From assembly GCA_951406725.2 (NCBI GenBank), contig OX597827.1:2604001-2668000 (forward strand): a stretch of 64,000 nucleotides of DNA, in the 5' to 3' direction. Positions within the stretch are counted from its first letter, which is position 1; each line of letters opens with the position of its first letter. Position numbers and translations under genes: made by a program. The stretch comes from Octopus vulgaris (lineage: Eukaryota). Of the stretch, positions 15,963 to 29,499 are shown piece after piece. The notes beneath the pieces are model-generated. The model did no database searches and had not been told where the DNA came from. It saw only the letters and a program-made list of their open reading frames with translations.

Positions 15963-16696
15963 GTTTGATTGACAAATTTTTTGTTAATTCCAGTCTTTGA
16001 TTATTTAGATTTTTCAGATGGAATATGAAGAAAAACAAGATACGTAATAATAGAATGGAATTGTCTCAACCAAAAACGCTATACATCGTTCTGTTTTTTT
16101 TTCTCTTGTCTTTTCTTTTTTTTTTTGTTAAATATTTGGTTGAGTAAAGTTTTTACTTTGGAAGATGAGGGAACAATTTATGTCCTATATTTTTTATATC
16201 GTATTTTCTTTTTCTCTCTGAGTACCGAATGCGAATTTGGGAAAAACAATCAAACGTCTTTTTTTTTCAAAAAAAGAATTCTGTAGTTGAGATAAATGAT
16301 GACAAAAAATCGCCCCGACCCAAAGAAAAATTACAAATGAAAACCCCGGAAAAACAAGTTCATAAGAATCTGTTGACGTTTTGCGTCGGTAAAATGTTCA
16401 GTTTGATTAAAGTTCACAAAATTGAATATAATTACGTATACCGCGAGGAACACCATTAATGATGCTGAGAGCAATATCCTTCATCGAAGATAAATCTTAA
16501 TGTCTATGTTATAGAACTAGTAGGGACCAATGAAGAAGTACAACTCTTGATTGAATTCTGGATTTGATTCGGAAATATTTGGAGTGGCTCTCTTACCAGA
16601 AGAGAAGACAACAGGGATGTTGATTAACAAAAACAAATATGTACCATATATTCACACCCCGTAACGGATACGATAGGCGGGAGGGTTGTAACTCAC

Positions 16697-16748
<52 letters not shown>

Positions 16749-16789
16749 TTCAAAACCGTCACAAATAGCAGATGCCATATTCCTTTCTA

Positions 16790-17008
16790 CAATAGGCACA
16801 TGACCTGAAATTTGGCGGAGGAGTGAGGTAAGTCGAATACATTGACCCCACCCCCCACCCAGAGCTCATTTGGTACTTACTTTACCGACCTTGGAAGGAT
16901 GAAAGGCAAAGTCGACCTCGGCAGAATTTGAGCTCTGAACACAAAGACGGATGAAATGCCGCTAAGCATTTTGCCCGGCGTGATAACAGCTCTGTCAGCT
17001 CGCCCCTT
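16790..17008 (-). mobile_element. SINE family A monomer
   Basis: Matches the family A head and Nin-like core. Further monomers or fragments at 14070-14172(+), 28408-28545(+), 31680-31908(-), 57255-57440(-) and 57473-57865(+). Confidence 0.8.
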
Positions 17009-18176
17009 TAATACCGTGTGCAATATTGTGAGCATATATGCTATACACCATATCTGCTATACACCATTTAAGAGCAATTGAGTGACACAAATACTAGAGC
17101 ACACCACTACATACTATACATTACATCGATATAAAATCAGATTACAAAAAACAAAAAAATGAAAATTCTGAAGGGGTCAAAATTTCTCCTCTCATCCCCT
17201 TCCAGGGTCAATAAAAGGACTAAAGTGTAAGTTATATATTACTCCTCCCCTAAGAATTTCTATCTTCGTGCTAACATAAGAAATATTTGTCAAGCATCTC
17301 AGATAAATAAATAAGACAAGAAGTCGTTTAGAATTCCAGTCCTTCTGTTTTGGTTTGTGTTAATTTTTATTCTTTGTGATGAGGACTCTTTCATCTATTT
17401 CCGTTCACTTTCTGTGCTTCGTTATTTTCTTTTAAATTTTTTATTAAAAATTGTTTGTTTTATTTATACTCGAACTCACACTATATAAACATTAAAAAAA
17501 TTCCAAAATTCCGGGGAAAATAGTGAGAGCCGGCACCGACAATAGGTAATCCAAATAAGTATTTAACGTAGAATATCAATAAATTTAATTGCAACTGAAT
17601 GCAAAATCTAACGTTTCGGTATCTTCTCCTTCCTCAGACAGTAGACAAAAGTTTGCCCACTCTTGATTTTTTCTTCTACGCCTGCTGAATTGCAAGTATC
17701 CGAAATGTCGAATTTTCCACTCATCACGGTGATTGACTTCATCAACATTCCACAACACAAACACTCGTTATACAGCTAATAGGTGATGAGGTGATCGAGC
17801 AGCTTTTTTTCCGTTGTCTTCTTTCTTCTTGGCATAAACTCTTATTCTTATTTCTGTGTCATAAAGCCGAGGTTTCATAGACACATACACACACACACAC
17901 ACATGCGCACCCCGCCAACATATATACACTTATATGTAATATGTAAGTATCTATCTATGTACATATATATATACATATATATATATATGTACATTTATAT
18001 ATATATATATGTGTATGTGTATGTATATATTTGAATATATGTATATATATAAATATACATATATATATGTGCATGTATATGTGTATACATGCATATATAT
18101 GTATATATATATATGTATATGTATATATATATGTATATATATACACAAACACACACACACATATATATATGTATAC

Positions 18177-18211
<35 letters not shown>

Positions 18212-19112
18212 GAAATGAATGTATTTATAATGAGTTTCAAAATGGCTTTTTATCGTTGCTTTATTTTGTATTGTTCTCTTACTAATATAGTGGTCGACAC
18301 TTCATGTGCTCTGTGTCACCTTCCACATCTCACGAAGTAGTGGAGGGGAGGTTGTCACTTCCGGTTGAGGCGCCAAACGGATCGATAACAAATCACTGTT
18401 TCATTGGTCGTCTTCTTGTTGATGGGCTATGGTAGTAGTGATCTTCAGAACTGGTTGCAATTACATTAACTCTGTTTTGGTGTCCTACTGAAGCAAACAG
18501 AAAATAAGAAAGTCACTGTTAGAAAGTGTGAAAGAATGAAAATACAAAGAAATGAAAGAGACAATGAATGAATGAATAAAGGAAAGAAAAAGAAAACGGA
18601 AAATGACAACAGAAGAGGCTGAAGTTTTTAAAAAATATTGTATTAGCCTAACACATAAATGAAGGAAAAGTGTCTTAACGTTTCTGACGTTAGTTCTTCA
18701 TCAAAAAAGCATAGCAGAAATGAGAAAGAGTAAGAGGAAGTGTGTATGCATGTGCATGCGTGTACACACATGCGCGCACGCACGTACACATATGTGTGCG
18801 TGAGTGTGTATGTATGTATATATGAGTTTGTCATTCTATATATATGTAGATATATGTAACTATATACATACACACTCACATACATACATGTACACATACA
18901 CATACGCTCCTCCCCCATGTATATATGTATTATTTTTATGGTATTATCTTACTTATTGATGTATATTGTTTTATTCTGTTGGATTTGGATGTTCCTATCT
19001 AAGTAGTTGATAAATAATATGAATTGGTAATATCTGTAAGTCGATGATTGAAATTAATCTGTTCCCTCCATTTTCTTATTTGTATATACTGTTCCTCCAT
19101 TTTCTTATTTAT

Positions 19113-19192
<80 letters not shown>

Positions 19193-19193
<1 letters not shown>

Positions 19194-19590
19194 TATGAAT
19201 TAGGGTATCTACGAGATACCGCCATGCTGAAAATAGCAGCCATGATGTGACTCTAAAACCACCTTAATTTTCCATATATCAACACGGAGAGAAAACGAAG
19301 AGACAAGATGAAAGTAGTAAAAAATTATTTGTATATTTATAAAAATGTATTTGTGTATATGTATATTTATGTTTCTTTTCTGTGTGTATTCTACTGACGA
19401 GGCAAAGCATTCCTAAATGCAAAGTCAGAAATCCGGGATCTAGAATTATCCAGTAATTTTTTACTAGTTTCAACTTGTCTCTTCGTTTTTTCTCCGTGTT
19501 GATATATGGAAAATTAAGGTGGTTTTAGAGTCAGATCATGGCTGCTATTTTCAGCATATGGTGGTATCTCGTAGATACCCTAATTTATAA
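19193..19590. mobile_element. ~135-bp inverted repeat enclosing a hammerhead; probable Penelope-like inverted pseudo-LTR
   Basis: 19193-19327 is the near-perfect reverse complement of 19454-19590. The right arm starts 14 nt after the predicted cleavage site. Confidence 0.7.
19388..19446 (+). ncRNA. Type I hammerhead ribozyme motif with one extra A before GAAA
   Basis: attcta-CTGACGA-GGC aaa GCATT ccta AATGC aaa GTC-a-GAAA-TCC g GGA-TC-tagaat; AUC triplet after 19440. Confidence 0.68.
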
Positions 19591-19706
19591 TTTTAATAAT
19601 TATTACCTTTGAAGGTTATTTTTTCCATGCTGGCCACTTGATAAAATCGTTGTTTTATTTTAAATTAACGATCTTATCCTTATTTATATAAATTTATATG
19701 TATATA

Positions 19707-19758
<52 letters not shown>

Positions 19759-21411
19759 ACATATGCTTTGCATGGAAGATTTGCTGCATCAGAAACTATT
19801 GAAGTCCTAGACAAGACAGAAACAATTTCGTCTGGGCCTTCACTCCAACGAGAAACCACACACGAGTAGATATATGAGTAACCCTTACCCAAAGAGACCT
19901 TCAAAATATTAGTGGTTCTACTTTTGCCTAATCTTTGAATGATCATAAAGCAAAATCGATGTTTGAACTTGAAATCAGAACACCGAGAATTCTCTAAATA
20001 ATATAATTCATTGTCAGAAACCATTTCGGCTGCTGTTTTACCAATTCTTTCCCCCCCGACCTTATACCCCCCACCATCCCAACTATCGAGGGCCCCCACC
20101 ACCAACTCCGATTAAGTGACCGACTGACCGACCGACCGACCGACCGACCGACCGACCAAGCCGCTTACTCACCGACCAGCCCATGTGTTTACAGCTGATA
20201 ACATTGTCTATAAAAGCTGTTTACAATTACACCAACCAACTGTTTAGTGTTTATGTAACCTATGACATTTGGTAAGTGAAAAGAAAGCCAGAAGCCTAAA
20301 CGATGACATTTAGAGGTAACAGAGAGGAAGAGACATATAGGTAGAAAGACAGAGAGAAAGTGAGAGAGAGACAGATAGACAGAGAAAGAAAGAAAGAGAG
20401 GGAGAGAGAGAGAGTAGCAAAGAGTTAATGTGTGCAGGTTTCCGTGCGTATGTGTTTGTGTGCGTGCATTTATTTCCATTGTGTGTGTATGTGTGTATTT
20501 TACAGGTATATTTCATCCTTACTCTCTAACACGTGTGTCTTAGTTAATAACGTTATATTGTGACAACGATGAATATTCACCATGTCCAGTTGCCATAAAG
20601 GTAAGACATATCATTATTCGTTGTTGGCTTTGACGCGTCAAAAACAAATCACAATAAATATATATATGAAATAACACTATAGCTAGCGTGCGAACGTGAG
20701 AACATCAAACTTGCTAGAAATGGCAACCCAATCACGATTAAATCTGCTCTGCACTGCAGCTTTAAAATATAGGATGAGCAGATTTATCGTTGTAGTACTA
20801 GACATATATATACGGTATGTGCGAAAACTAAGACGGATTGTTCACGGTTGGATCATAGATCTACTCAACTAGGCTGACTTGGAGCTACGTCCTTCCTGAG
20901 TCACATAGGCTTATAAGGCTGGTTTCCCGCTTCACGTGACGCATATGTTTCCCTCACTAGATGGGACGCCAGTCGGTTGCAAGAGAGCTCAATTTTACCA
21001 GATGAGTGGAATGGAGCAACGTACAATGAAGAGTCTTGCTCAAGAACACTGCGCATCACCAGATCCAGAAATCGAAACTACAATCCAACGATCATGAGTC
21101 CAACACCCCAACCACTAAGCTACGTGGTTCCACCTTAGGACCAGATATCAAGAAAAATAACAACGCTGTTAATATTGGGTAACCTGATCCTTGGAATATT
21201 CTTCTCAAACTTCGTATTTACTTAATCCCTTCACTCCCCACGGAGCATAAACTGTCGATGACTTCTCTGAGTTGTTCTGAGTTGACTGAGGAAAGAAAAC
21301 TTCGAATGACCCGTCCTTGTTTTCTTAGTATTGTCTATTTGGATGTTCTGTTGTCCCATTCTTGTATCACCTAACTGTCCGGGTGTTTTGCGTTCTTGTC
21401 CCATTTTGTAT

Positions 21412-21489
<78 letters not shown>

Positions 21490-22085
21490 TGTTTGTGTGC
21501 GTGTGTGTGTGTATTTGTGTGCGTGAGCGTGTGTGTGTGTATTGAGAAAAAATGTCGTCAGAATTTTGGGAAAAATTCCTATTATTTCTTCATTATTATT
21601 AGCGCTTTCGCTCCTTTCTAAAACTTGTCAAATGCAATTTCGTGAATGTACAAACAGCTCGTTCAATTATATAAAACAGATGGTTTTGGGAATTTGGTTT
21701 AGAAGAGAACATTGTTTTGTCTTTTTTAATTTTTGGTGAGGTTCCAAGACAATGGAGATGGATAGATAGAAATATAGGTAGGTAGATAGGCTGATTAGTA
21801 TATTTGCAAATTAACAATTTGAAAAATCAATCAGTAAATAAAATAAAAGGAATATATATATGTACATACACTCTCACACACACACACATACACACACACA
21901 CACACACATACACACATATATATACGTAAAGCTAGAACATCCCAAAGCTACACATATAGATCTGAACATTTGTAGAGATGAGCCACATTTGGAATAAAGA
22001 ATTCAAATTCTCCACTTTACCTTCAAACATTCAGTTTAAGGGAGGATTCCTTGATGAAGAGTGTGTGCGCGCGTGTGGGTGCATG

Positions 22086-22126
<41 letters not shown>

Positions 22127-22237
22127 TTGTGTGGTCGGGAACATGTACATGTTTATACTGTGTAACTTCGATCACGCCTCAAATATGTATGAGTACATCT
22201 TTTCCTTGACTTATGGTCTCTTAGACGAATTACGCAC

Positions 22238-22320
<83 letters not shown>

Positions 22321-22340
22321 ATACATATATATGTGTGTGT

Positions 22341-22584
22341 GGAGGTGCGTGGCTTAGTGGCTAAGGCGTCAGCACCAGATCGTAAGATTGTGGTTTCGAT
22401 TCCTGGACCGAGCGACGCGTTGTGTTCTTGAGGAAAACACTTCATTTCACGTTGCTCCAGTCCACTCAGCTGGCAAAAGTGAGTAACTCTGCGATGGACT
22501 GGCGCCCCGTCCAGCTGGGGAACACACACGCCAAAGAAACCATGAAACCAGGCCCATGAGCCTAGCTAAAAGGGCGCATTTATT

Positions 22585-22585
<1 letters not shown>
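22341..22585 (+). mobile_element. SINE family B (tRNA head plus CORE-like domain)
   Basis: A box tggcttagtgg, B box ggtttcgattcc, CORE-like gttgtgttcttgag..acacttcatttcacgttgctccagtccactcagctg. Related copies at 11550-11794(-), 14225-14430(+), 20900-21135(-) and 29225-29345(-). Confidence 0.8.
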
Positions 22586-22630
<45 letters not shown>

Positions 22631-23092
22631 GAAAAAGGGTTAAGAGTCCATACAATTCAAACATTATGCTTAAAAAAGATGTAAAAGGCACAGAAGTATA
22701 TTTTAGAGTATGTTTAATAGTTTTGTTTTGTTATAGAAAGTGAGACGATTTATCCAGCAAATCAAATATTTGTTAAGATGGATACATCGAAACCGGGTAT
22801 ATTTTAAATCATTCAATGTAACAAAAATATTAAACACTCTCTAAAATATACTCTTGTGCCTTTTCCAACTTTATTTACTCTTTTAACTATGTATGTATGT
22901 ATGTATGTATGTATGTATGTATGTATGTATGTATGTATGTATGTATGTACAGAATGATGGGGTATTTGATTTACAACGCAGCACTCAACCCGGCTTTTTG
23001 GTTATTTACACTCTCAAATTGTAGTCTTATGGAAAATAGAAAGTCTTCAGCGGAAGCACAATCTAAGAGCGCACCTTTGAAGGTCTGAAGAA

Positions 23093-23508
23093 GTGCGAGC
23101 TGGCAGAAACGTTAGCACAATGGGCGAAATGCTCAACGGTATTTCGTCTGCCGCTACGTTCTGAGTTCAAATTCCCCCGAGGTCGACCTTGCCTTTCATC
23201 CTTTCGGGGTCGATTAAATTAGTACCGGTTACGCACCGGGTTCGATATAATCGACTTAATCCGTTTGTCTGTCCTTGTTTGTCCCTTCTGTATTTAGTCC
23301 CTTGTGGGTAGTAAAGAAATAGGTATTTCGTCTGCTGCTACGTTCTAAGTTCAAATTCCGCCGAGGTAGACTTTGCCTTTCATCCTTCCGGGGTCGATTA
23401 AATAAGTACCAGTTATGCACTGGAGTCGATATAATCGACTTAATCCATTTGTCTGCCCTTGTTTGTCCCCTCTGTGTTTAGCCCCTTGTGGGTAATAAAG
23501 AAACAGGT
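23093..23508 (+). mobile_element. SINE family A dimer
   Basis: Head gcgagctggcagaaacgttagc; gtatttcgtctg at 23139 and 23323 (184-bp period). Confidence 0.88.
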
Positions 23509-23697
23509 TTGAAAAAGTGCTACTTAAATGTTTCAAACTTCAAATATTACGTAACTTTTAACACGGAACTTATGCGTGAATTGACGTTTAAAACAGAATT
23601 GGTACGAAGGCAATTGTAGCTGGTTATTTAAGATGTGATAAAGTACTTCTTTGTCATCTCATTTGGATTATAGACATAAAAATGTGTGTGTGTGTGT

Positions 23698-23729
<32 letters not shown>

Positions 23730-23877
23730 ATTGTGTGTGTGTGTGTGTGTGTGTGCATAAACTAATAGATGACCTACATACAGATGCGAATATTAAAATG
23801 TAAGGTAAACTTAAAAGCGAGTGTTTGTAATAATGGAACATTTATCCACGCCACGACAAACTCGACGTTATGAATAA

Positions 23878-24340
23878 TGAGAAGAAGGAGGAGGAGGAGG
23901 GAGAGGTGGAGGAGGACGAAGAGGAGGGAGAGGTGGAGGAAGGAGTATTAGAGCATGAAGAAGGGAGGAAGAAGATGTTGATGATGAGGGAGAAGGAGAA
24001 GGAGGAAGATGAAGGAGTATGAGGGTAAGAGGAGAGGGGGAAGGAGTATGAGAGCAAGTGGAGGGAAGAAGAGGATGGTAATGATGAGAGGAAGAAGGAG
24101 GAAGTGGAAGAAAAAGAGGGGGAGGAAGCAAAACAAGAGGAAGAAGGAGGAGAAAGAGGTTAAGAGGAAGGAGAGGTAGACGAGGAGGAGGGAGTATGAG
24201 AGCAAGAGGAGGGGGAAAAGAGACGTTGATAATGAGGAGTAGAAGGAGGAAGGGGAGGAAGAAGAGGAGGAGCAGGAGGAGAAGAAGAAGAAGAAGAAGA
24301 AGAAGATGAAGAAAAGGAGGAGATGGAAGTAGAGGAGGAG
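23878..24340. repeat. Purine-rich (GAG/GAA)n mosaic
   Basis: Almost only G/A on the + strand, with recurring ggagtatgag sub-units. Confidence 0.9.
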
Positions 24341-24819
24341 TATAGCCAGCACTGACAAAAGAGAAAGTGACACAAATAATTCTCTTTACATCTCTATCTT
24401 AGAACAGCCAGACAAACAGGTGTGTATAAGTGTGTGTGTGTATGTGTGAGTGTATGTGTGTGCTATGTGCTTGTTTGTTAATACATGCGTGGGTACCTGT
24501 AAAGGTGTGTTTAGATGTATGTGCACGTGTGTGTATGCGTAGGTGTGTGTTTTAAAGTAACACTTTGATATGAAAGACAGTGTGTATAGTTTCATGTGGT
24601 CAGGTGTTGTAGAAGAATTCCTGCAGACAACAACAACAATGACAGCAAAAACAACAACAACAACAACAAAAACAACAACAGCAATAACATGAAGAGCATT
24701 GAAAGTTTTCTCCAATCGCATCACGACCACCGTGTTGTATCTTCTAAATTTGATAAACATCACGATATCAGACGGAGTGAGGTGGAATATGAGGTAGAAA
24801 TTGAAGATTACAACAACAG

Positions 24820-24851
<32 letters not shown>

Positions 24852-24989
24852 ATAAAGAACAACAACAGCGCTACCGAAAGTCACCCCCCACCCGACGCAG
24901 ACCACACGCACCGACTTCACTTCGTATCGCCATAAATTTTCAAATATCACGTTATCAGACGGAGCATGGAGTTGTGAGGAGAGTTAGAG

Positions 24990-25036
<47 letters not shown>

Positions 25037-25091
25037 AAGGCAGAGAGAGATATCGAATTTTACTAAAACAATAGCAACAACCACAACACCG

Positions 25092-25302
25092 GTGAGGCGC
25101 AATGGTCCAGTGGTTAGGGCAGCGGACTCGCGGTCGTAAGAACGCGGTTTCGATTCCTAGACCGGGCATTGTGAGTGTTTATTGAGCAAAAACGCCTAAG
25201 CTCCACGACGCTCCGGTGTGTGTGTGTGTGTAGGGGTGGAGTGAACCCCGCTGTACTCTTTCATTTCGGGGTCGTCGATAGACCCTAGCTAGATTGCGAA
25301 TC
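25092..25302 (+). mobile_element. SINE family C variant
   Basis: Shares the head and the block agaccctagctagattgcgaat with the 43586 copy. Confidence 0.75.
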
Positions 25303-25437
25303 CTCTGTACCCCAGGATGGTTCAACTCTCAACCCGTTAAAAGCCACCGTTTACGGACTGAGAGTAACAACGTAGCTTTCGCGCCCGTGCAACCGCCAGT
25401 CTATCGCGTGTGGTATTTCATTTATTTCTTATCGTAT

Positions 25438-25496
25438 TTTCTACTGACGAGGAAAAAATCTATGAGATTAATTCCGAAATTGATTCAATATAGAAA
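25438..25496 (+). ncRNA. Type I hammerhead ribozyme motif, core intact
   Basis: tttcta-CTGACGA-GGAA(aa)AATC tatga GATT(aa)TTCC-GAAA-TTG att CAA-TA-tagaaa: 6-bp stem I, G-C-closed stem II, stem III, AUA cleavage triplet after 25490. Confidence 0.8.
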
Positions 25497-25816
25497 TAAA
25501 GAACTTTTAAAAAAAATTCTGTTGACTAGCTTCCTCGATTTCAGCACAACCTATTTTCTATAGTGGGTATATAATAATTTGGGAGAAATTGACGTATACA
25601 TGTATAATATGTATAATATATTTAAATATTAATGTATGTATACGTATAAGTATACTTATATGTACACATACATACATGCACATATATATGTATGTATATA
25701 TATACATATATATTCTTAAATGGCTTATAAACACCTTCCACGCTGCAATTGTTTTTTCGTTCCAGCACACGATCTCAGATCAGGTCACTTGCTATGCAAG
25801 TACATCTCTCTCTCTC

Positions 25817-25891
<75 letters not shown>

Positions 25892-25994
25892 GTGTGTGTG
25901 TGTGTATGTATATACTTCACTGTTCTTCACATGAATACATAAATGCGTATGTTTGCATATATTCAGTGTAAATTGGTAGACAACCGATGAGGTT

Positions 25995-26026
<32 letters not shown>

Positions 26027-26295
26027 CCCAAAGAGAAGTGAAGAGAATGTAATCGACGAAGGTGGTGGTGGTGGTAGTGGTGGCTGCAGCGGCAGAGATG
26101 ATGGCGATAGTGTTTTTAGTGGTGCTGATGAGAGAGGACAGTTGAAATATCATTACAAAAGACAGTTAATTTATTTACAACTCCCTTGTTATATATTCAA
26201 GAAAGCCAGTACTTTGACCGGCTTCCTATCTCTCTTCTCTCTCTTTCCCTTTCTTTCTCTCTCTTTCACACTCTCTCTTCTCTCTTTCCCTTTCA

Positions 26296-26342
<47 letters not shown>

Positions 26343-26896
26343 TTTCTACCACTGCTACCGCTGTACCGCCGCCGTTGACGTCACTGCCTTGCCGTCAATA
26401 AATAACTGCATTGTCACCGCCAATCAAAAGCTAATATTCCTTATTATCTTAGCAGCTGTTCTGAGGTTCAGTCAAAAGCTTACCAATGTTCAACGAAGCA
26501 GGAAGAAACCAATAGAATTGACGGCGGCTTTCTTTGGTTATAACAGAAGGACTTCTGAGGAAAAGCTAGTTACCATTGGAAAATATAGATCTTTTAGCTA
26601 GTTCTATTCTCCCGCCTGTTTAGATTGATTCTAACAATAGCGTTTATACCACTTCCCCTCTCTATCTACCCTCACCCCCGCCACTATCCTTTCTTCTACA
26701 TTCCTGCCTCTTGTTCATCCACCATCAACATTGCCACCACCGCCACCACCATTCCACCGTACCACCATCACCAGCTCCACCAGTGCCACCGCCACAAACA
26801 CTGCGGTCGCTTATGCGGCTGCACCCTCCTCCTCCTCCTCATAAAGTATGATAAAACTTCAATGCACTCTTATTCAATGAGATATATCCACACACA

Positions 26897-26937
<41 letters not shown>

Positions 26938-27429
26938 CTTCACATTTATATACATAATATCTACACGCACACACACATATTCTCATGTGAATACACACAC
27001 ACATACATGTCTACAGACATTCATACATATAGATATATATGCATATGTGTGTGTGTGGGGGGATGCGTATATACATATATGTGTGTAAATGTGCTTGTAT
27101 GTATGTAGGATACAAAGACAAACGAATCTAGGCGAGATATTTAATCAATGAGAATGCACAACTGCTAACATGTACCCGGTACTATGATTTTAAGAATATG
27201 GCGAGTTAAACAAACTGGAAAAATGTATTTGAAGTAAAGTTTGCCATAAAACAGATTGAAACAAAATTTAAAAAAAGTGAAATATTTATCACAAGTTACA
27301 ATGCAAGCTCCTTAGATGTTTCGGTAACCATCACCTAACCAGCCGCTGTTGAACTAAAGATAGTTGTTTGGCCACATGATATACGGCAGTTATTAACATA
27401 ACGACCATCACAAGGTCCAGTTCATGTGG

Positions 27430-27792
27430 TATCGTAGCTTATGTGCCTCAATGACCCTGAGAGCTATGCTCCTAATAGTGCCTCTTATACTCGATAGATC
27501 AAGGATAAAGGCCAGACTGATATAGACTGCCTCATCTTAAAGATAAACATGGGTTTGTGTGGGGCCAACACCCATTAAAAAAGGCAAGGGTACAGAAGCA
27601 TCGATGACAGCTCAAAACCAACAAGAACTGGAAGAGGAAGGCCTTCCTTTAGGAAAACATATAAACCTACATCGGAGGCGGAAGGGACAGAGCTGAAAAA
27701 GCAGGGATCTAACTGGAGACAGCCTAGTCGGAAACGGTGGGGATAAACTGCCGATGGCTTATGCTGCACATGTTTAAGTGAAGAGAGATTAA
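27430..27792 (+). mobile_element. Internally deleted RTE-type LINE derivative
   Basis: RTE-like 5' motif gggtttgtgtggggccaacaccc joined to remnants of an RT C-terminus (GRGRP...NW...RW..ADGLC). Confidence 0.5.
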
Positions 27793-27963
27793 CAGAAGTG
27801 GGGATTTGTATGTAAATCGACGAGAAACGCACCAAAGGACCGAATGGTTTCTATTTAACACCGAAAAATAGTGAGGTGGTTCCTTCAAAGTCGTACTTGA
27901 GAAAATAATAAAGGAACACACTTAAATACACACTTATATGTGTGTGTGTGTGTGTGTGTGTGT

Positions 27964-28345
27964 GGAGGTGCAATGGCCCAGTGGTTAGGGCAGCGGACTC
28001 GCGGTCGTAGGATCGCGGTTTCGATTCCCAGACCGGGCGTTGTGAGTGTTTATTGAGCGAAAACACCTAAAGCTCCACGAGGCTCCGGCAGGGGATGGTG
28101 GTGATACCTGCTGTACTCTTTCACCACAACTTTCTCTCACTCTTTCCCCCCGTTTCTGTTGTACCTGTATTTCAAAGGGCCGGTCTTGTCACTCTCTGTG
28201 TCACGCTGAATATCCCCGAGAACTACGTTAAGGGTACACGTGTCTGTGGAGTGCTCAGCCACTTGCACGTTAATTTCACGAGCAGGCTGTTCCGTTGATC
28301 GGATCAACCGGAACCCTCGTCGTCGTAACCGACGGAGTGCTTCCA
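27964..28345 (+). mobile_element. SINE family C, apparently full length, inserted in a (TG)n tract
   Basis: A box tggcccagtggttagg, B box ggtttcgattccc; head shared with 25092-25302 and 43586. Confidence 0.85.
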
Positions 28346-29499
28346 TGTGTGTGTGTGTGTGTGTGTGTGAGCCTAATTGTTCATTATGTGAAAGTATATT
28401 TAGTATCTAAGGCGGAAAGTTGGTTGAATCGTTAAATACGTCGGGCAAAATGATTAGACTCTTTAGGCTCTAAGTTCAAATCCCGCCGAGGTAAACTTTG
28501 CCAATCATACCTTCGGGGTCGTCGATAAAATAAAGTACCAGTCGTCTGGTTAATATATATGCATGAGTCGTATTGGTTAAGATTGTAGGGTGTTTATGTT
28601 AGAGTGCGGTGTGGTGGGAGAATGCCTCCACCCACCCCATCACAAAATATACTCCTTCACACACATTGTACCTCCACACATATATAGGCCCACCCTAACA
28701 CGCACACATTATACACTGCATGCTAACATAACCCCCCACCCACCCGTGACCTTAACCAATACAGAAAGAAAACAGACTAATGAGCACAATTATATAATGA
28801 GTCCCAAAAATATGTGAAATAAAAAATATGTAAAAATACTAACACAGAGAAAAAAGCACAGAAACAGATGTAATACACTAACACACAGAAAAATTAAAAC
28901 AAAACACGCGGGTGAAAAGAATCTCGTGGTGTGAAGAACTGAGTGTGAAAAATCAATGTAGACAACAGTGAACCACAACACAGCGTTTAGTTGTTATGGT
29001 AACAAGCGGCTAATGCCAAGCTGTCTGTTGATTGGCTAAAATCACCCAAATTTCCCAAATTTAATGCCAAATAACATCAGATTCTTTAATTTACGAGATA
29101 AAGTAATTGGTTGATAGTAAGCAAAATTCAGAGATGCATCGATACACCAAAATTGAAAGCTATCTGAGCAGAATTAAGGAAGGATCATTTCGCAAATGCA
29201 AAAGACTAGATCCAAATACAGGTACAGCTCATTTTTCCAGGTGAGTCGACTGGAGCAACGTATAATAAAGTGTCTTGCTCAAGGTCACAACGCGCCGCCA
29301 GGAATCGAACTCAGGAATACTCTAACCGCTAAGTTACACGCCTTCACTAAGGATTACATAGACGTCTGAAGCAATTAGTGAAAATATAATACGCTTTACT
29401 CAACCGTACTCGCCGGCGAGTAACTACTAGTTGTACTATTACAGTTGTATACTAAACATAGGGATGCTACACATTGATGAATTCTTTTTATATATTTCT

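Noticed and set aside
19680-20105. ORF starting VVGALDSW, reminiscent of RLE-type LINE C-termini
   Set aside because: The motif lies in G-rich low-complexity sequence and nothing else matches.
22341-22415. tRNA genes at SINE heads (also 27964, 25092, 43586)
   Set aside because: A and B boxes are present, but there is no complete cloverleaf or T-run terminator, and they continue into repeated SINE bodies.
24596-25066. 156-aa + strand ORF
   Set aside because: Built from AAC, AGC and AG repeats; no convincing splice sites or domain.
26120-26152. CTGATGA...GAAA at 26124
   Set aside because: No stem I or stem II pairing; chance match.
26376-26425. CRE (TGACGTCA) plus CCAAT as a promoter; other TGACGTCA sites near 32256, 33473 and 50368
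   Set aside because: Short motifs with no linked exon or other support.
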